A stretch of DNA of 64,000 nucleotides. Source: Ignavibacteriales bacterium (GTDB lineage Bacteria > Bacteroidota > Ignavibacteria > Ignavibacteriales > SURF-24). The notes under the pieces were generated by a model. That model saw only the letters and a program-made list of their open reading frames with translations, was not told where the DNA came from and made no database searches. Positions within the stretch are counted from its first letter, which is position 1. Every line of letters starts with the position of its first letter. Shown here in pieces: positions 1 through 9,718 of the stretch. The stretch spans positions 20,060 to 84,059 of the forward strand of contig JBLMZM010000053.1 of assembly GCA_050258815.1 (NCBI GenBank). Reading direction: 5' to 3'. The position numbers and the translations under genes were made by a program.

Positions 1-116
1 TCAAAGGCCTTGGCAGCTATCAGTTTATGTCCCCTGTTGCCCCACGAAAAAATGCTGCCCGTCAGCACTATATTTATTACTATGATTAAAAGAAAAGTAA
101 AGCCTCTGCTTTTCAT
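1..116 (-). CDS. S1/P1-type nuclease-like protein, N-terminal 38 codons only (gene runs off the window start)
   Basis: Below the ORF-track length cutoff. The minus-strand ATG at 116..114 gives MKSRGFTFLLIIVINIVLTGSIFSWGNRGHKLIAAKAF... This is a signal-peptide-like segment followed by WGxxGH, the N-terminal metal-ligand motif of mature S1/P1 nucleases. The frame stays open to position 1. Confidence 0.4.
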   Translation of the reverse strand, partial: MKSRGFTFLLIIVINIVLTGSIFSWGNRGHKLIAAKAF

Positions 117-446
117 CTTTTTTCCCGGTTAGTTGAATGACTGTTTTTTTGTTACAAGTGCCGACCTTTGGGTGAATCCGGTTGAGTCTAGATGTGCAAA
201 TACACCTCTGGCCGGTTATACCGGTTATATGAAGAAATCCTTTGGACTGATGCTGAATAAAAGGGTATTTATTTCCATACATCCGTTAAAATTTTACGTT
301 TGCAAATTATTAAAACCTATATGCAATAACAAGATAAAACCTGCTATTATACCGGTCGTCTTCCTTATATTTCCCTCGGAAATTAGGCCGGGATTTTATA
401 AATTTACAAGGAAATAAAATAATTATACACAAATTGAAGGTATTTT

Positions 447-1694
447 ATGGCTCCGCAAGATTTAGTTCAGGTAGATATGACCTCTCAGGATTATATGGAA
501 CTGGAAGAAAAATATGGTGCTCATAATTATCATCCGCTGCCCGTAGTTCTGGCCAGGGGCGAAGGTGTTTATCTTTGGGATGTTGAAGGCAGAAAGTACT
601 TTGATTTTCTTTCGGCTTATTCGGCCGTTAACCAGGGGCATTGCCATCCAAAGATTATTGAAGCTCTCACCGGTCAGGCTAAAACACTTACTCTTACCTC
701 CAGGGCATTCTTCAATAACTGTCTCGGTGAATATGAAAAATATATAACCGGATATTTCGGATTTGATAAAGTGCTTCCCATGAACTCAGGTGCAGAAGCA
801 GATGAAACGGCCTTAAAACTGTGCAGAAAATGGGCTTATGAAAAGAAGGGTATTCCTGAAAATGAAGCAAAGATTATTGTGTGCGAAGGAAATTTTCATG
901 GAAGAACCATTACTATAATTTCAATGTCCACGGACCCGGATTCATACAAGGGCTTTGGCCCCTTTACGCCCGGATTCATAAAAATCCCATATAATGACCT
1001 TCAGGCCCTCGGAAAGGCTCTTGAAGATCCTAATGTTGCGGGCTTCCTGGTTGAACCGATTCAGGGTGAGGCAGGGGTTTTTGTTCCCGATGAAGGCTAC
1101 CTCTCAGGCGCATACAAAATGTGTAAACAAAAGAATGTTTTATTTATTGCTGATGAAGTACAGACAGGAATTGCCAGGACCGGCAAGCTGCTGGCTTGCG
1201 ACCATGAGAATGTCAGACCCGATATTCTGATACTTGGCAAGGCCCTCTCCGGTGGCACTATGCCCATCTCAGCAGTCCTGGCCGATGATGATATAATGCT
1301 GTGCATTAAGCCTGGTGAGCACGGCTCCACCTTTGGAGGTAACCCTCTGGCCTCAAAAGTTGCCATTGCAGCATTAAAGGTAGTTAAGGATGAAAACCTC
1401 GCTGAAAGAGCAGAGAAGCTGGGAGAATTGTTCAGAAAAGAGGTTAGAAAAATCAATTCCGACATGATAGAACTGGTAAGAGGGAAAGGACTGTTGAATG
1501 CAATAGTCATCAGGCCTAAAAACGGGAAAGAAGCCTGGGACGTATGCCTTAAGATGAGAGATAATGGTCTTTTGGCAAAGCCTACTCATGACCACATCAT
1601 CCGCTTTGCCCCGCCTCTGGTAATAACCGAAGAGGAGATACTTAAGGCAGTGGAAATAATAAGAAAATCAATTGAGGAGATCAGCAACAGCTAG
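447..1694 (+). CDS. rocD: ornithine--oxo-acid aminotransferase (class III PLP aminotransferase)
   Basis: 415-aa [49 protein letters not shown] and [12 protein letters not shown] are typical of OAT/RocD-type class III aminotransferases. Confidence 0.85.
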   Translation: MAPQDLVQVDMTSQDYMELEEKYGAHNYHPLPVVLARGEGVYLWDVEGRKYFDFLSAYSAVNQGHCHPKIIEALTGQAKTLTLTSRAFFNNCLGEYEKYITGYFGFDKVLPMNSGAEADETALKLCRKWAYEKKGIPENEAKIIVCEGNFHGRTITIISMSTDPDSYKGFGPFTPGFIKIPYNDLQALGKALEDPNVAGFLVEPIQGEAGVFVPDEGYLSGAYKMCKQKNVLFIADEVQTGIARTGKLLACDHENVRPDILILGKALSGGTMPISAVLADDDIMLCIKPGEHGSTFGGNPLASKVAIAALKVVKDENLAERAEKLGELFRKEVRKINSDMIELVRGKGLLNAIVIRPKNGKEAWDVCLKMRDNGLLAKPTHDHIIRFAPPLVITEEEILKAVEIIRKSIEEISNS

Positions 1695-1714
1695 ATCCTG
1701 AAAGTAATTTACCC

Positions 1715-1748
1715 GGCCCTGAAGGCCAGCATAAATGTCTTCAGGGCC
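1715..1748. terminator. hairpin between convergent genes (possible bidirectional terminator)
   Basis: GGCCCTGAAG (1715-1724) pairs with CTTCAGGGCC (1739-1748): a 10-bp perfect stem with a 14-nt loop. It lies between the rocD stop and the stop of the minus-strand kinase. There is no clean U-tract. Confidence 0.4.
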
Positions 1749-1756
1749 GCATACTT

Positions 1757-2722
1757 TTACCCGGCCGGATTAAAATTCTTTAACTTCATCAGGCTCTCAT
1801 TGATGCGGAACTTTGCAGTAAAATAGAATGTACTCCCCTTCTTCTCTTCACTCCTTACACCTATTTCACCACCCATCATGCTTATAAATTCCTTACAGAT
1901 TCTTAAACCTAACCCGGTACCCGAGTGAGTCCTGGTATAAGAATTATTTACCTGTACAAAAGGCTTGAACAATATGCTAAGTTTGTCTTCTGGTATACCG
2001 ATTCCCTGGTCCTCAACCGAAGCCAATATTACGGCCTGGTCGCCAAGTACCTCCTTCAGCTTTACGCTTACTGTAATTATTCCCTGACTGCTGAATTTAA
2101 TTGCATTGCTAAGAAGGTTTGCAAATATCTGCCTTACCCTTACCGGGTCACCTATGAGAATAAGAGGCACATTATCTTCAATCCGGCAGTTAATGTGCAG
2201 ATCCTTTTCGCCTGCAAGGGTCGAAACAATCGAAATTGCATCGTCCAATACCTCTCTCAGGCTGAAATCCACCTTGTCCAGCTCCATTCTTCCGGCTTCA
2301 ATTTTTGAAATGTCCAGGATGTTATTAATGATATCCAGTAGTGATTCAGCTGCAGAACGAGCCTTGGTTATGAAACCCTTTAATTCTTCCTTGCTCTCGT
2401 AAACTTCCTGTTCAACCAGGTCCAGAAATCCCAGGACTCCGTTCATCGGGGTTCTGATCTCATGGCTCATGCTGGCCAGGAAACGGCTTTTTGCCTCACT
2501 TGCCAGAACCGCATCTGCCGCGGTCTGCTCGGCAGAGGCTTTTTCCCGCCTCAGTAATTCTGCCTCAGTCTGACTAGCCTTTAGCTGTGCATTCAGGCTC
2601 TCCAGCTCTGACTGCATCTTTGAAAGTCTTTCATTCAGGAACGGAACGGGTGAAGCTGTTATGAATCTATGCTCTGATGACTTATCTTCCAACTGACTGC
2701 CTTTTAATAAAATAGTGGCCAT
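1757..2722 (-). CDS. soluble sensor histidine kinase (coiled coil + HisKA + HATPase_c)
   Basis: 321 aa with no TM segment. H-box SHEIRTPMNGVLGF, N-box NLLSNAIKF, G-box GTGLGL, and a coiled-coil-like N-terminus. Confidence 0.85.
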   Translation of the reverse strand: MATILLKGSQLEDKSSEHRFITASPVPFLNERLSKMQSELESLNAQLKASQTEAELLRREKASAEQTAADAVLASEAKSRFLASMSHEIRTPMNGVLGFLDLVEQEVYESKEELKGFITKARSAAESLLDIINNILDISKIEAGRMELDKVDFSLREVLDDAISIVSTLAGEKDLHINCRIEDNVPLILIGDPVRVRQIFANLLSNAIKFSSQGIITVSVKLKEVLGDQAVILASVEDQGIGIPEDKLSILFKPFVQVNNSYTRTHSGTGLGLRICKEFISMMGGEIGVRSEEKKGSTFYFTAKFRINESLMKLKNFNPAG

Positions 2723-2826
2723 AAGTTAAGAAAATTTCTTTTAAAGAACACAAATATTACTAAAACACTCAGTGGGAAAATTAGTGCAATAGTCATATAT
2801 TTCGGTTTAATTTTCCGGCAACCAAA

Positions 2827-3387
2827 ATGACAGATTTTCTATATAATATTGACCTGGCACTGTTTTACTTTGTTAACCATAACATGGCCAATCCTGCTTT
2901 TGATAAATTCTTTGTGTTTATTACTGACGTGAACCACTGGTATATCGCATACCTGATTTTACTAGGCATCGCAATCGTAAAAGGCGGCAGAACGGGAAGG
3001 ATTTCAGCAGTGGGGGCAATCCTGCTAATCATAGTTTCAGACCAGCTCAGCAGCTTTACCATTAAACACTGGATAGCAAGAATACGCCCTTGTAATGCTT
3101 TATCCGATGCGCGGGCACTGATCCCCTGCTCGGATTCTTATTCATTTCCATCTTCCCATGCCGTAAATAATTTTGCTGTCTCAGTGTTCTTCTATAGAAT
3201 TTATCCAAACCTGAAATGGGTTCTGTTTATATCTGCTTTCCTGGTGGCCTTTTCCCGCATTTATGTGGGCCGGCATTATCCCTCCGACGTAGTTGGAGGA
3301 GCCATAATAGGTTCTGCTATCGGTTATGTCTTCTCAGTAGCAGCCCTGAAGCTTGATAATTATATACAGAAAAAATATAATAGATAA
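2827..3387 (+). CDS. PAP2-family membrane phosphatase
   Basis: 186 aa and hydrophobic. Carries the three PAP2 motifs: IARIRP, SFPSSH and SRIYVGRHYPSD. Confidence 0.8.
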   Translation: MTDFLYNIDLALFYFVNHNMANPAFDKFFVFITDVNHWYIAYLILLGIAIVKGGRTGRISAVGAILLIIVSDQLSSFTIKHWIARIRPCNALSDARALIPCSDSYSFPSSHAVNNFAVSVFFYRIYPNLKWVLFISAFLVAFSRIYVGRHYPSDVVGGAIIGSAIGYVFSVAALKLDNYIQKKYNR

Positions 3388-3394
3388 TTAGCTT

Positions 3395-3433
3395 CTGCTG
3401 AACTTTTATCGTGGCTCAGCAGCATCATTTTTT
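3395..3433 (+). terminator. probable intrinsic terminator after the PAP2 gene
   Basis: CTGCTGA (3395-3401) pairs with TCAGCAG (3416-3422) around a 14-nt loop, followed by T6 at 3428-3433. Confidence 0.4.
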
Positions 3434-3480
3434 GCAAAAATAATTTTCATTATCTCATAATAATAAGTGCGAGGTATAAC

Positions 3481-4185
3481 ATGCCTGAACTGAGTAATAA
3501 AACGGCCATCATTACCGGTGGCGGCAGCGGCATAGGTAAGGAAATTGCACGCCAGCTGGCAAATGAGAACACTAATGTGGTTATCGCCTCCAGACGCCAG
3601 GGCGTACTGGAGAATACCGCCGCTGAATTAAATGCCATGCAGAAAGGCAGAGTGGTTCATGTAGTATGTGACCTGAGAAGCCGGGAGGACATAACCCGTA
3701 CGGTTACCGCTGCAATTGAGAACTTCGGCAGGATTGATTTCCTTGTTAATAATTCCGGCCTGGGCGTTCAGAAAAGTGTGCTGGACTGTAGCGATGAGGA
3801 ATGGGATCTCGTGCTTGATACCAACCTCAGAGGCACATTCCTGATGACCAGGGAAGTACTTCCTGTAATGATCCGGCAGAGGAGCGGATATATTATTAAT
3901 ATCGCCTCGCAGGCCGCTAAACATGGCTATCCTCAGGCAGCTCCATACTGCGCATCTAAATTCGGAATACTCGGCTTTGCCGAATCCCTTCAGCATGAGG
4001 TCAGGGATTATGGAATTCACGTACACAGCCTTTGCCCGGCACTAGTTCAGGTACCTCCTCCGGAAAATGAAGCCGGTATTGCCCCCGGAGTACTCCAGGT
4101 CGGGGACCTTGCTTCAACTGTTCTATTCCTGCTTAAACAGCCGGGAAGAGTTAAATTTGAGGATATTGGACTCTACCATTTCTGA
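3481..4185 (+). CDS. SDR-family oxidoreductase
   Basis: 234 aa. TGGGSGIGKEIA Rossmann motif, NNSG, and the catalytic YxxxK (YCASK). Confidence 0.85.
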   Translation: MPELSNKTAIITGGGSGIGKEIARQLANENTNVVIASRRQGVLENTAAELNAMQKGRVVHVVCDLRSREDITRTVTAAIENFGRIDFLVNNSGLGVQKSVLDCSDEEWDLVLDTNLRGTFLMTREVLPVMIRQRSGYIINIASQAAKHGYPQAAPYCASKFGILGFAESLQHEVRDYGIHVHSLCPALVQVPPPENEAGIAPGVLQVGDLASTVLFLLKQPGRVKFEDIGLYHF

Positions 4186-4265
4186 TGCATTTCAGATTAC
4201 CTGTTCTTACATTTATTTTGATCTTCAGGTCTCTTATATTACTATATTAGTTACAGGAGACTTCT

Positions 4266-5858
4266 ATGTTTAAGCACATATTTTCTGTTGTTTTCCTGCC
4301 GCTTTTTATTCTGCTGCCTGGCCTTCAGGCTTTGGCCCAATATACAAACGTCAGGATCAACAAGTCTCAGAATCAGCCCGAAGAGGTTTCAATCGCAATC
4401 AACCCCCTGAATCCCCTAAACCTGGTGGCAGGTGCAAATATTGACAACTACTATTATTCAACTGACGGGGGTAAGAGCTGGACTGAAGGAAGGCTTACCT
4501 CCGGTTTTGGTGTCTATGGCGATCCATCATTAACCTTCGATTCCCTGGGCAATGTTTATTACGCTCACCTTTCTTCACCCCCCTCAGATATTGGCTACTG
4601 GATTGACAGGATAGTGGTACAAAGATCTTCAGACGGGGGTAAAAGCTGGACAAATGGCGCTGGAGTGGGCTACGCACCTCCGGTAAGAAACCAGGACAAG
4701 GAATGGATTATAGCCGATAATTCGGGCTCGAAATTCAGAAATTCTATCTATATGGCGTGGACTCAGTTTGATAAGTACGGCAGCAAGGTGCCAGGTGATA
4801 GTTCACGCATAATGTTTTCGCGTTCGCTGGACCAGGGAGCAACATGGTCAGCCCCCATAATTGTCAGCGACTCCAGCGGCGACTGCCTCGATGGCGATAA
4901 TACAGTAGAAGGTGCTGTCCCGGCTGTTGGCCCTAACGGCGAAGTATACCTGGGCTGGGCTGGTCCCTCAGGAATTAAATTTGACAGATCCCTTGACGGC
5001 GGCCTTACTTTCGGTAAAGATATTTATGTGACCTCACAGCCCGGCGGCTGGGATTTCGATGTGGAAGGCATATACAGGTGCAATGGAATGCCCGTTACGG
5101 TATGCGACATTAGTAATTCAATTTACCGGGGTAACATCTACATCAACTGGGCTGATCAGCGAAATGGCACCACAAATACCGACGTATTTATAACCAGGTC
5201 CGTCGATGGCGGGAACAGCTGGAGCACACCCATAAAGGTAAATGGTAATACTGCAGCCGACCGCGATCAGTTCTTCTCCTGGGCAGCTGTCGATCCTGTA
5301 ACAGGATACCTTTGGATAGTTTACTACGACCGCAGCCAGACTGCAGGGGTGGCAACAGATGTCTTTGTGGCCCGCTCAAAGGATGGTGGCGCAACTTTTA
5401 CTAATTTTAAGGTGAGCGACTCAGCGTTCTCACCCATTAAGAACGTATTTTTCGGCGATTATACTAATATTGCCGCTTTTAACGGCAGAATATTTCCGAT
5501 CTGGATGCGCCTGGATGGGTCCTTTTTAAGTATATGGACCGCCCTGGTGGAGGACGTTTCGTCGGGTTCGATTGAGGAGAATACCGGCGGCCATTTTGAA
5601 TATTTTTTATTCAAAAATTATCCAAATCCTTTTAATCCTGTTACCAAAATTGATTATTCTCTTGCTAAGGATACCTTTGTGAGCCTTAGAATCTATGACT
5701 CGCTCGGAAAGGAAATTCAGACACTGGTAAACGACTATCAGTCCGGTGGTAAACATTCTATCCGGTTCGATGGAAGCCGCCTGAGCAGCGGATTGTATTT
5801 TTACAGACTGGTTACGCACGATTTTAACTCGGCTGAGAAGATGGTTCTTATAAAATAA
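4266..5858 (+). CDS. secreted BNR/Asp-box repeat (sialidase-like) protein with T9SS type-A C-terminal sorting domain
   Basis: Signal peptide plus five Asp-box motifs (STDGGKSW, SSDGGKSW, SLDQGATW, SVDGGNSW, SKDGGATF). The C-terminal NYPNPFNPVTKIDYSL...LSSGLYFYRL tail is typical of T9SS cargo. Confidence 0.8.
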   Translation: MFKHIFSVVFLPLFILLPGLQALAQYTNVRINKSQNQPEEVSIAINPLNPLNLVAGANIDNYYYSTDGGKSWTEGRLTSGFGVYGDPSLTFDSLGNVYYAHLSSPPSDIGYWIDRIVVQRSSDGGKSWTNGAGVGYAPPVRNQDKEWIIADNSGSKFRNSIYMAWTQFDKYGSKVPGDSSRIMFSRSLDQGATWSAPIIVSDSSGDCLDGDNTVEGAVPAVGPNGEVYLGWAGPSGIKFDRSLDGGLTFGKDIYVTSQPGGWDFDVEGIYRCNGMPVTVCDISNSIYRGNIYINWADQRNGTTNTDVFITRSVDGGNSWSTPIKVNGNTAADRDQFFSWAAVDPVTGYLWIVYYDRSQTAGVATDVFVARSKDGGATFTNFKVSDSAFSPIKNVFFGDYTNIAAFNGRIFPIWMRLDGSFLSIWTALVEDVSSGSIEENTGGHFEYFLFKNYPNPFNPVTKIDYSLAKDTFVSLRIYDSLGKEIQTLVNDYQSGGKHSIRFDGSRLSSGLYFYRLVTHDFNSAEKMVLIK

Positions 5859-5879
5859 ATATAAACGGGGGTAAGTAAA

Positions 5880-6347
5880 ATGACAACCTATAAGCAAATT
5901 GAGGATTTTCTGGTCCAGAAAAAGATCGCAATGATCGGAGTATCCAGGAATGAAAAGAATTATACAAGAAGCCTTTTCAAAGAACTCCTAAAACGCGGCT
6001 ACGAGGCCGTTCCGGTTAACCCGCATATAAGTGAAATAGAAGGCAGACAATGCTACACACGCCTTGAAGATATTTCGCCCATCCCGGAGGCAGCCCTGAT
6101 TTTCACTACTTCTGTTCCCCTGGATAATTTAATAACCGAATGCGTCCAATCGGGCGTTAAGCATATCTGGGTCTATAATGGCAGGGATAAGGGAAGACTC
6201 ATGGATCACCTGGAAGAATATTGCCGCAGTAACAATGTCAGCTTTATTTCCGGCTTCTGCCCCTTTATGTTCCTTAGCGAGGGCGGCTTTATTCACAAAT
6301 TTCATGGATTTGTCTCCAGATTAACGGGAAATTACCCGGTTCATTAG
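5880..6347 (+). CDS. CoA-binding domain protein (YccU/YneT-like)
   Basis: 155 aa. KKIAMIGVSRNEKNYTRSLFKELLKRGYEAVPVNP resembles the small CoA-binding Rossmann proteins. Confidence 0.7.
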   Translation: MTTYKQIEDFLVQKKIAMIGVSRNEKNYTRSLFKELLKRGYEAVPVNPHISEIEGRQCYTRLEDISPIPEAALIFTTSVPLDNLITECVQSGVKHIWVYNGRDKGRLMDHLEEYCRSNNVSFISGFCPFMFLSEGGFIHKFHGFVSRLTGNYPVH

Positions 6348-6450
6348 AATAATATAAATAGTAATCCCACTGCTTTTCTTGCTTCCGGATGGATTTTTAC
6401 TAGGCCGGGTACACCTGCCCGGCAAAATTTGACCCTTATGCAAAATTATT

Positions 6451-6468
6451 TTGTGAATCTTTTCACAA
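6451..6468. promoter_or_regulatory. Rex operator (perfect palindrome)
   Basis: TTGTGAATCTTTTCACAA is an exact TTGTGAA-N4-TTCACAA match. It lies 60 nt upstream of the rex ATG and 4 nt upstream of a TTGACA hexamer. Confidence 0.75.
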
Positions 6469-6472
6469 AATG

Positions 6473-6499
6473 TTGACATACATGCCGCAATTTTATATT
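6473..6499 (+). promoter_or_regulatory. sigma70-like promoter candidate for rex-hydCBA
   Basis: TTGACA (6473-6478) and TATATT (6494-6499). The 15-nt spacer is short, so this is tentative. Confidence 0.35.
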
Positions 6500-6530
6500 T
6501 TAATCGAGAATAATTTCTCGATTAAAATAT
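6495..6530. promoter_or_regulatory. perfect 16-bp inverted repeat spanning the candidate -10 region and the rex start codon
   Basis: ATATTTTAATCGAGAA (6495-6510), TAAT, TTCTCGATTAAAATAT (6515-6530). The arms are exact reverse complements, and the rex ATG is at 6529-6531. The function (second operator or RNA hairpin) is unknown. Confidence 0.4.
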
Positions 6531-7170
6531 GTCAACAGAAGAATTAAAAGCCATACCGGAACCTTCACTAAGAAGACTACCCGTTTATTTGCAGTATTTG
6601 AAGAATACGCGCCAGACAGGAAAGAATGAAATTTCCACCACTCTGATTTCCGCAGACCTTAAACTGGACCCTACGCAGGTAAGAAAGGACCTGGCTTATA
6701 CGGGAATGATTGGCAAGCCGAAGATCGGGTATAATATAGATATACTCATTAAAACAATTGAGGATTTCCTGAACTGGAATAACCTCAGTGACGCTTTCCT
6801 TGCCGGTGCGGGAAACCTGGGACTCGCAATGCTAGGCTTCGAGCAATTTACTAGGTACGGCATCAAGATAGTAGCTCTTTTTGACAATGATGACAAGAAA
6901 ACAGGCACAAATATAAACGACATCCCCATACTGCCGGTTGCCAAACTGCCCGACCTGGCTCAGAGAATGCATATTCACATTGGCATCCTGACGGTACCAG
7001 CGTCCTCTGCACAGGAGGTGGCTGAACTGATGGTGGAAGGCGGCATTAAAGCCATCTGGAACTTTGCCCCTGTTATTCTTAAACTCCCTGCGGAAATAAT
7101 AGTTGAAAACGCACAGTTTGCAACGAGCCTCGCTGTTTTGACCCGTAAATTGGCAGAATCACTCAAATGA
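6529..7170 (+). CDS. rex: redox-sensing transcriptional repressor Rex
   Basis: 213 aa. The N-terminal winged helix has the Rex signature PEPSLRRLPVYLQYL...QVRKDLAYTG, followed by the GAGNLG Rossmann NAD(H) domain. Its own operator lies upstream. Confidence 0.9.
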   Translation: MSTEELKAIPEPSLRRLPVYLQYLKNTRQTGKNEISTTLISADLKLDPTQVRKDLAYTGMIGKPKIGYNIDILIKTIEDFLNWNNLSDAFLAGAGNLGLAMLGFEQFTRYGIKIVALFDNDDKKTGTNINDIPILPVAKLPDLAQRMHIHIGILTVPASSAQEVAELMVEGGIKAIWNFAPVILKLPAEIIVENAQFATSLAVLTRKLAESLK

Positions 7171-7316
7171 CCACAACTGTAACTCATAGCAAAATTATTC
7201 CTACAGTCAGAGCAGCTGCCCCTTTCTGCACTGCTTTATTACAAGAAAACACTCAGGCATTATAACACAATGTCATGCAATATATAATATATAGATAACA
7301 AGGAGAACATCTTAAA

Positions 7317-7838
7317 ATGATTGCCGAAAACCAAGTAGTCAGCCGGACAAGACAATTCGGGAAAGTATGTGAAATTCTTGACCGTTATTCCAATGATTCG
7401 GCTAAACTTATACCAATTCTGCAGGCAGTACAGGAAGAATACCGCTATCTGCCCGAAGAGGTGCTTACTTTCGTAGCCACTTCACTGAACCTGTCACCTG
7501 CCAGGGTATATGGAGTTGCCACTTTTTATTCACACTTTGCTCTTGAACCCAAGGGGAAATATGTTATCCGCGTTTGCGACGGTACGGCATGCCACGTTAA
7601 AGGTTCAATGTCTTTAGTCGAAGTACTCATGGAAAAGCTGGATCTGGATGAAAAACGCCACACAACTCCCGACATGCTCTTTACACTTGAAACCGTTTCC
7701 TGCCTGGGCGCCTGCGGACTGGCTCCGGTTATGATAATAAATGAAGATATACATGGTCAGATGACCGCTGAAAAAACCGTATCACTCATTGACCAAATTA
7801 TAGAAATGGAGAGGGGCTATGCTGCAAGAAACAATTAA
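7317..7838 (+). CDS. hydC: [FeFe]-hydrogenase subunit HydC (NuoE/HndA-like, thioredoxin-like [2Fe-2S])
   Basis: 173 aa. The four-Cys pattern of the NuoE family is present (CDGTACHVKG ... CLGACGLAPV). The 3' end overlaps the hydB start by 20 nt. Confidence 0.85.
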   Translation: MIAENQVVSRTRQFGKVCEILDRYSNDSAKLIPILQAVQEEYRYLPEEVLTFVATSLNLSPARVYGVATFYSHFALEPKGKYVIRVCDGTACHVKGSMSLVEVLMEKLDLDEKRHTTPDMLFTLETVSCLGACGLAPVMIINEDIHGQMTAEKTVSLIDQIIEMERGYAARNN

Positions 7839-9717
7839 TCTGGAATCTGTTGCCAGTCAATATAAAGAAAGTCTGAAGGATACCACTCTCAGGATCATCA
7901 TCTGCGCCGGTACTGGATGCATGGCAAATGGCGCAGAAAAGGTGCGCAACGCATTCCTGAACTATATCAGGGAAACAGGTCTTGAGGTAACAGTTGAATT
8001 GAAGGCAGAGGAAAAGCATTCAGGCATCTTTCTTTCAGAAAGCGGCTGCCAGGGTTTTTGCCAGATGGGCCCGCTCGTTACAATTGAACCGATGGGACTC
8101 TTATATGTTAAGGTCCGGCCCGAGGATGTAAAGGAAATTGTGGACAGAACGATAAAAGAGGATAAAATTGTTGAAAGACTCCTCTATTCCGACCCCTCAA
8201 CGGGCAACAAGTGCCATGGCACTCACGACATCCCTTTTTATACCAGACAGAGCCGCTTCGTATTAAAACAGTGCGGAACTGTTAACCCCGAGGATATTAA
8301 TGAATATATATCCATCGGTGGTTATGCCGCAGCCAGAAAGGCCTTTACTGAAATTTCTGCAGAGGACGTCTGCAGGGAAATACTCGAATCAGGTCTCAGG
8401 GGACGCGGCGGTGGAGGTTTCCCAACGGGAAGGAAATGGGACCTTACACGCATCCAGCCTAAGGGTAAAAAGTATGTCATATGTAACGGTGATGAAGGTG
8501 ACCCGGGCGCTTTTATGGACAGAAGCGTGATGGAGGGTAACCCCCACAGTGTAATTGAAGGTATTATGATTGCCGCAAAGGCCATCGGTGCCGATGAGGC
8601 ATACGTATACGTCAGAGCTGAATATCCTCTTGCCGTCAAACGCATCAGAAGAGCAGTTGAAGACGCCGAAAAGGCCGGTATACTCGGGGATAATGTTTTT
8701 GGGTCTGGAGAAAGCCTGCACTGCCATGTTATGGAAGGCGCTGGAGCTTTCGTTTGCGGAGAGGAAACAGCCCTTATTGCTTCCATCGAGGGCAAAAGGG
8801 GTATGCCTGCTCCTAAACCTCCATTCCCGGCACAGTGCGGCTTATGGGGGAAGCCGACTGTGATTAATAACGTCGAAACACTGGCTACCGTACCTCTGAT
8901 CATCAGAATGGGTGCCCAGGAATTCAGGAAAATCGGTAATGAAAAATCGCCAGGCACAAAGACTTTTGCATTAACAGGACACGTTTCAAATACCGGACTC
9001 ATTGAAGTACCATTCGGAACGACCCTGAGGGAAATAGTATACAATATAGGCGGCGGCGTTACAAATAACGACGGCAGCATCTCTGATAAAGGATTCAAGT
9101 CCGTACAAATTGGCGGCCCTTCCGGCGGCTGCCTCACGGAAGAACACCTGGACATGCCGCTTGATTTTGATTCCCTTACCGGCATTGGCGCAATGATAGG
9201 CTCGGGCGGATTAGTAGTAATGAACCAGCAGACCTGCATGGTAAAGATTGCCAGGTTCTTCATGCAGTTCACACAGAACGAATCCTGCGGGAAATGCGTG
9301 CTCTGCCGCGAAGGTACCAAACAGATGCTTGCACTGCTCGACGACATCATTGATGGAAAGGCTACCATTGAAACACTGGACCTGCTCGAAAAACTGGCAC
9401 TGGCAGTAAAGAAGGGCTCACTCTGCGGCCTCGGTAAAACGGCCCCGAACCCCATACTTTCTACAATGAAACATTTCCGGAAAGAATACAACGAACACGT
9501 GATTTCCAAATGGTGCTCGACTAAAAACTGCAAACAGCTCGTTGCCCCGGAAATTGATCCCGTGATCTGCAAGGGCTGTACTGTATGCACAAAAAAATGC
9601 CCCGTAGGAGCAATTTCCGGTGAGAGAAAAATGCCACACAAGATCAATGTCTCAATTTGTATTAAATGCGGAGCCTGCGCTCAGGCCTGCAAATTAAATG
9701 CGATAACAGGAGTTTAA
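7819..9717 (+). CDS. hydB: [FeFe]-hydrogenase flavoprotein subunit HydB (NuoF-like)
   Basis: 632 aa. N-terminal Trx-like 2Fe-2S (CAGTGC...CQGFCQMGP) and the NuoF core GRGGGGFPTGRKW. Also ESCGKCVLCREG (4Fe-4S) and two C-terminal CxxCxxCxxxCP ferredoxin motifs. Confidence 0.9.
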   Translation: MLQETINLESVASQYKESLKDTTLRIIICAGTGCMANGAEKVRNAFLNYIRETGLEVTVELKAEEKHSGIFLSESGCQGFCQMGPLVTIEPMGLLYVKVRPEDVKEIVDRTIKEDKIVERLLYSDPSTGNKCHGTHDIPFYTRQSRFVLKQCGTVNPEDINEYISIGGYAAARKAFTEISAEDVCREILESGLRGRGGGGFPTGRKWDLTRIQPKGKKYVICNGDEGDPGAFMDRSVMEGNPHSVIEGIMIAAKAIGADEAYVYVRAEYPLAVKRIRRAVEDAEKAGILGDNVFGSGESLHCHVMEGAGAFVCGEETALIASIEGKRGMPAPKPPFPAQCGLWGKPTVINNVETLATVPLIIRMGAQEFRKIGNEKSPGTKTFALTGHVSNTGLIEVPFGTTLREIVYNIGGGVTNNDGSISDKGFKSVQIGGPSGGCLTEEHLDMPLDFDSLTGIGAMIGSGGLVVMNQQTCMVKIARFFMQFTQNESCGKCVLCREGTKQMLALLDDIIDGKATIETLDLLEKLALAVKKGSLCGLGKTAPNPILSTMKHFRKEYNEHVISKWCSTKNCKQLVAPEIDPVICKGCTVCTKKCPVGAISGERKMPHKINVSICIKCGACAQACKLNAITGV

Positions 9718-9718
9718 C

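Noticed and set aside
212-229. The tandem duplication CCGGTTATA-CCGGTTATA upstream of rocD.
   Set aside because: There are only two 9-nt copies, with no palindrome and no obvious relation to a promoter element. It is too little to interpret.
133-417. ORFs 25..282 (minus) and 133..417 (plus) in the rocD upstream region.
   Set aside because: Their translations are not protein-like. The region is better explained as a divergent promoter between the partial nuclease-like gene (1-116) and rocD.
8322-9647. A 441-aa ORF antisense to hydB, the longest unexplained ORF in the track.
   Set aside because: It lies wholly inside the strongly supported NuoF-like gene. Its translation is low-complexity (Ser/Pro/Ile-rich) with no motifs. 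This is the typical shadow frame of a codon-biased gene.
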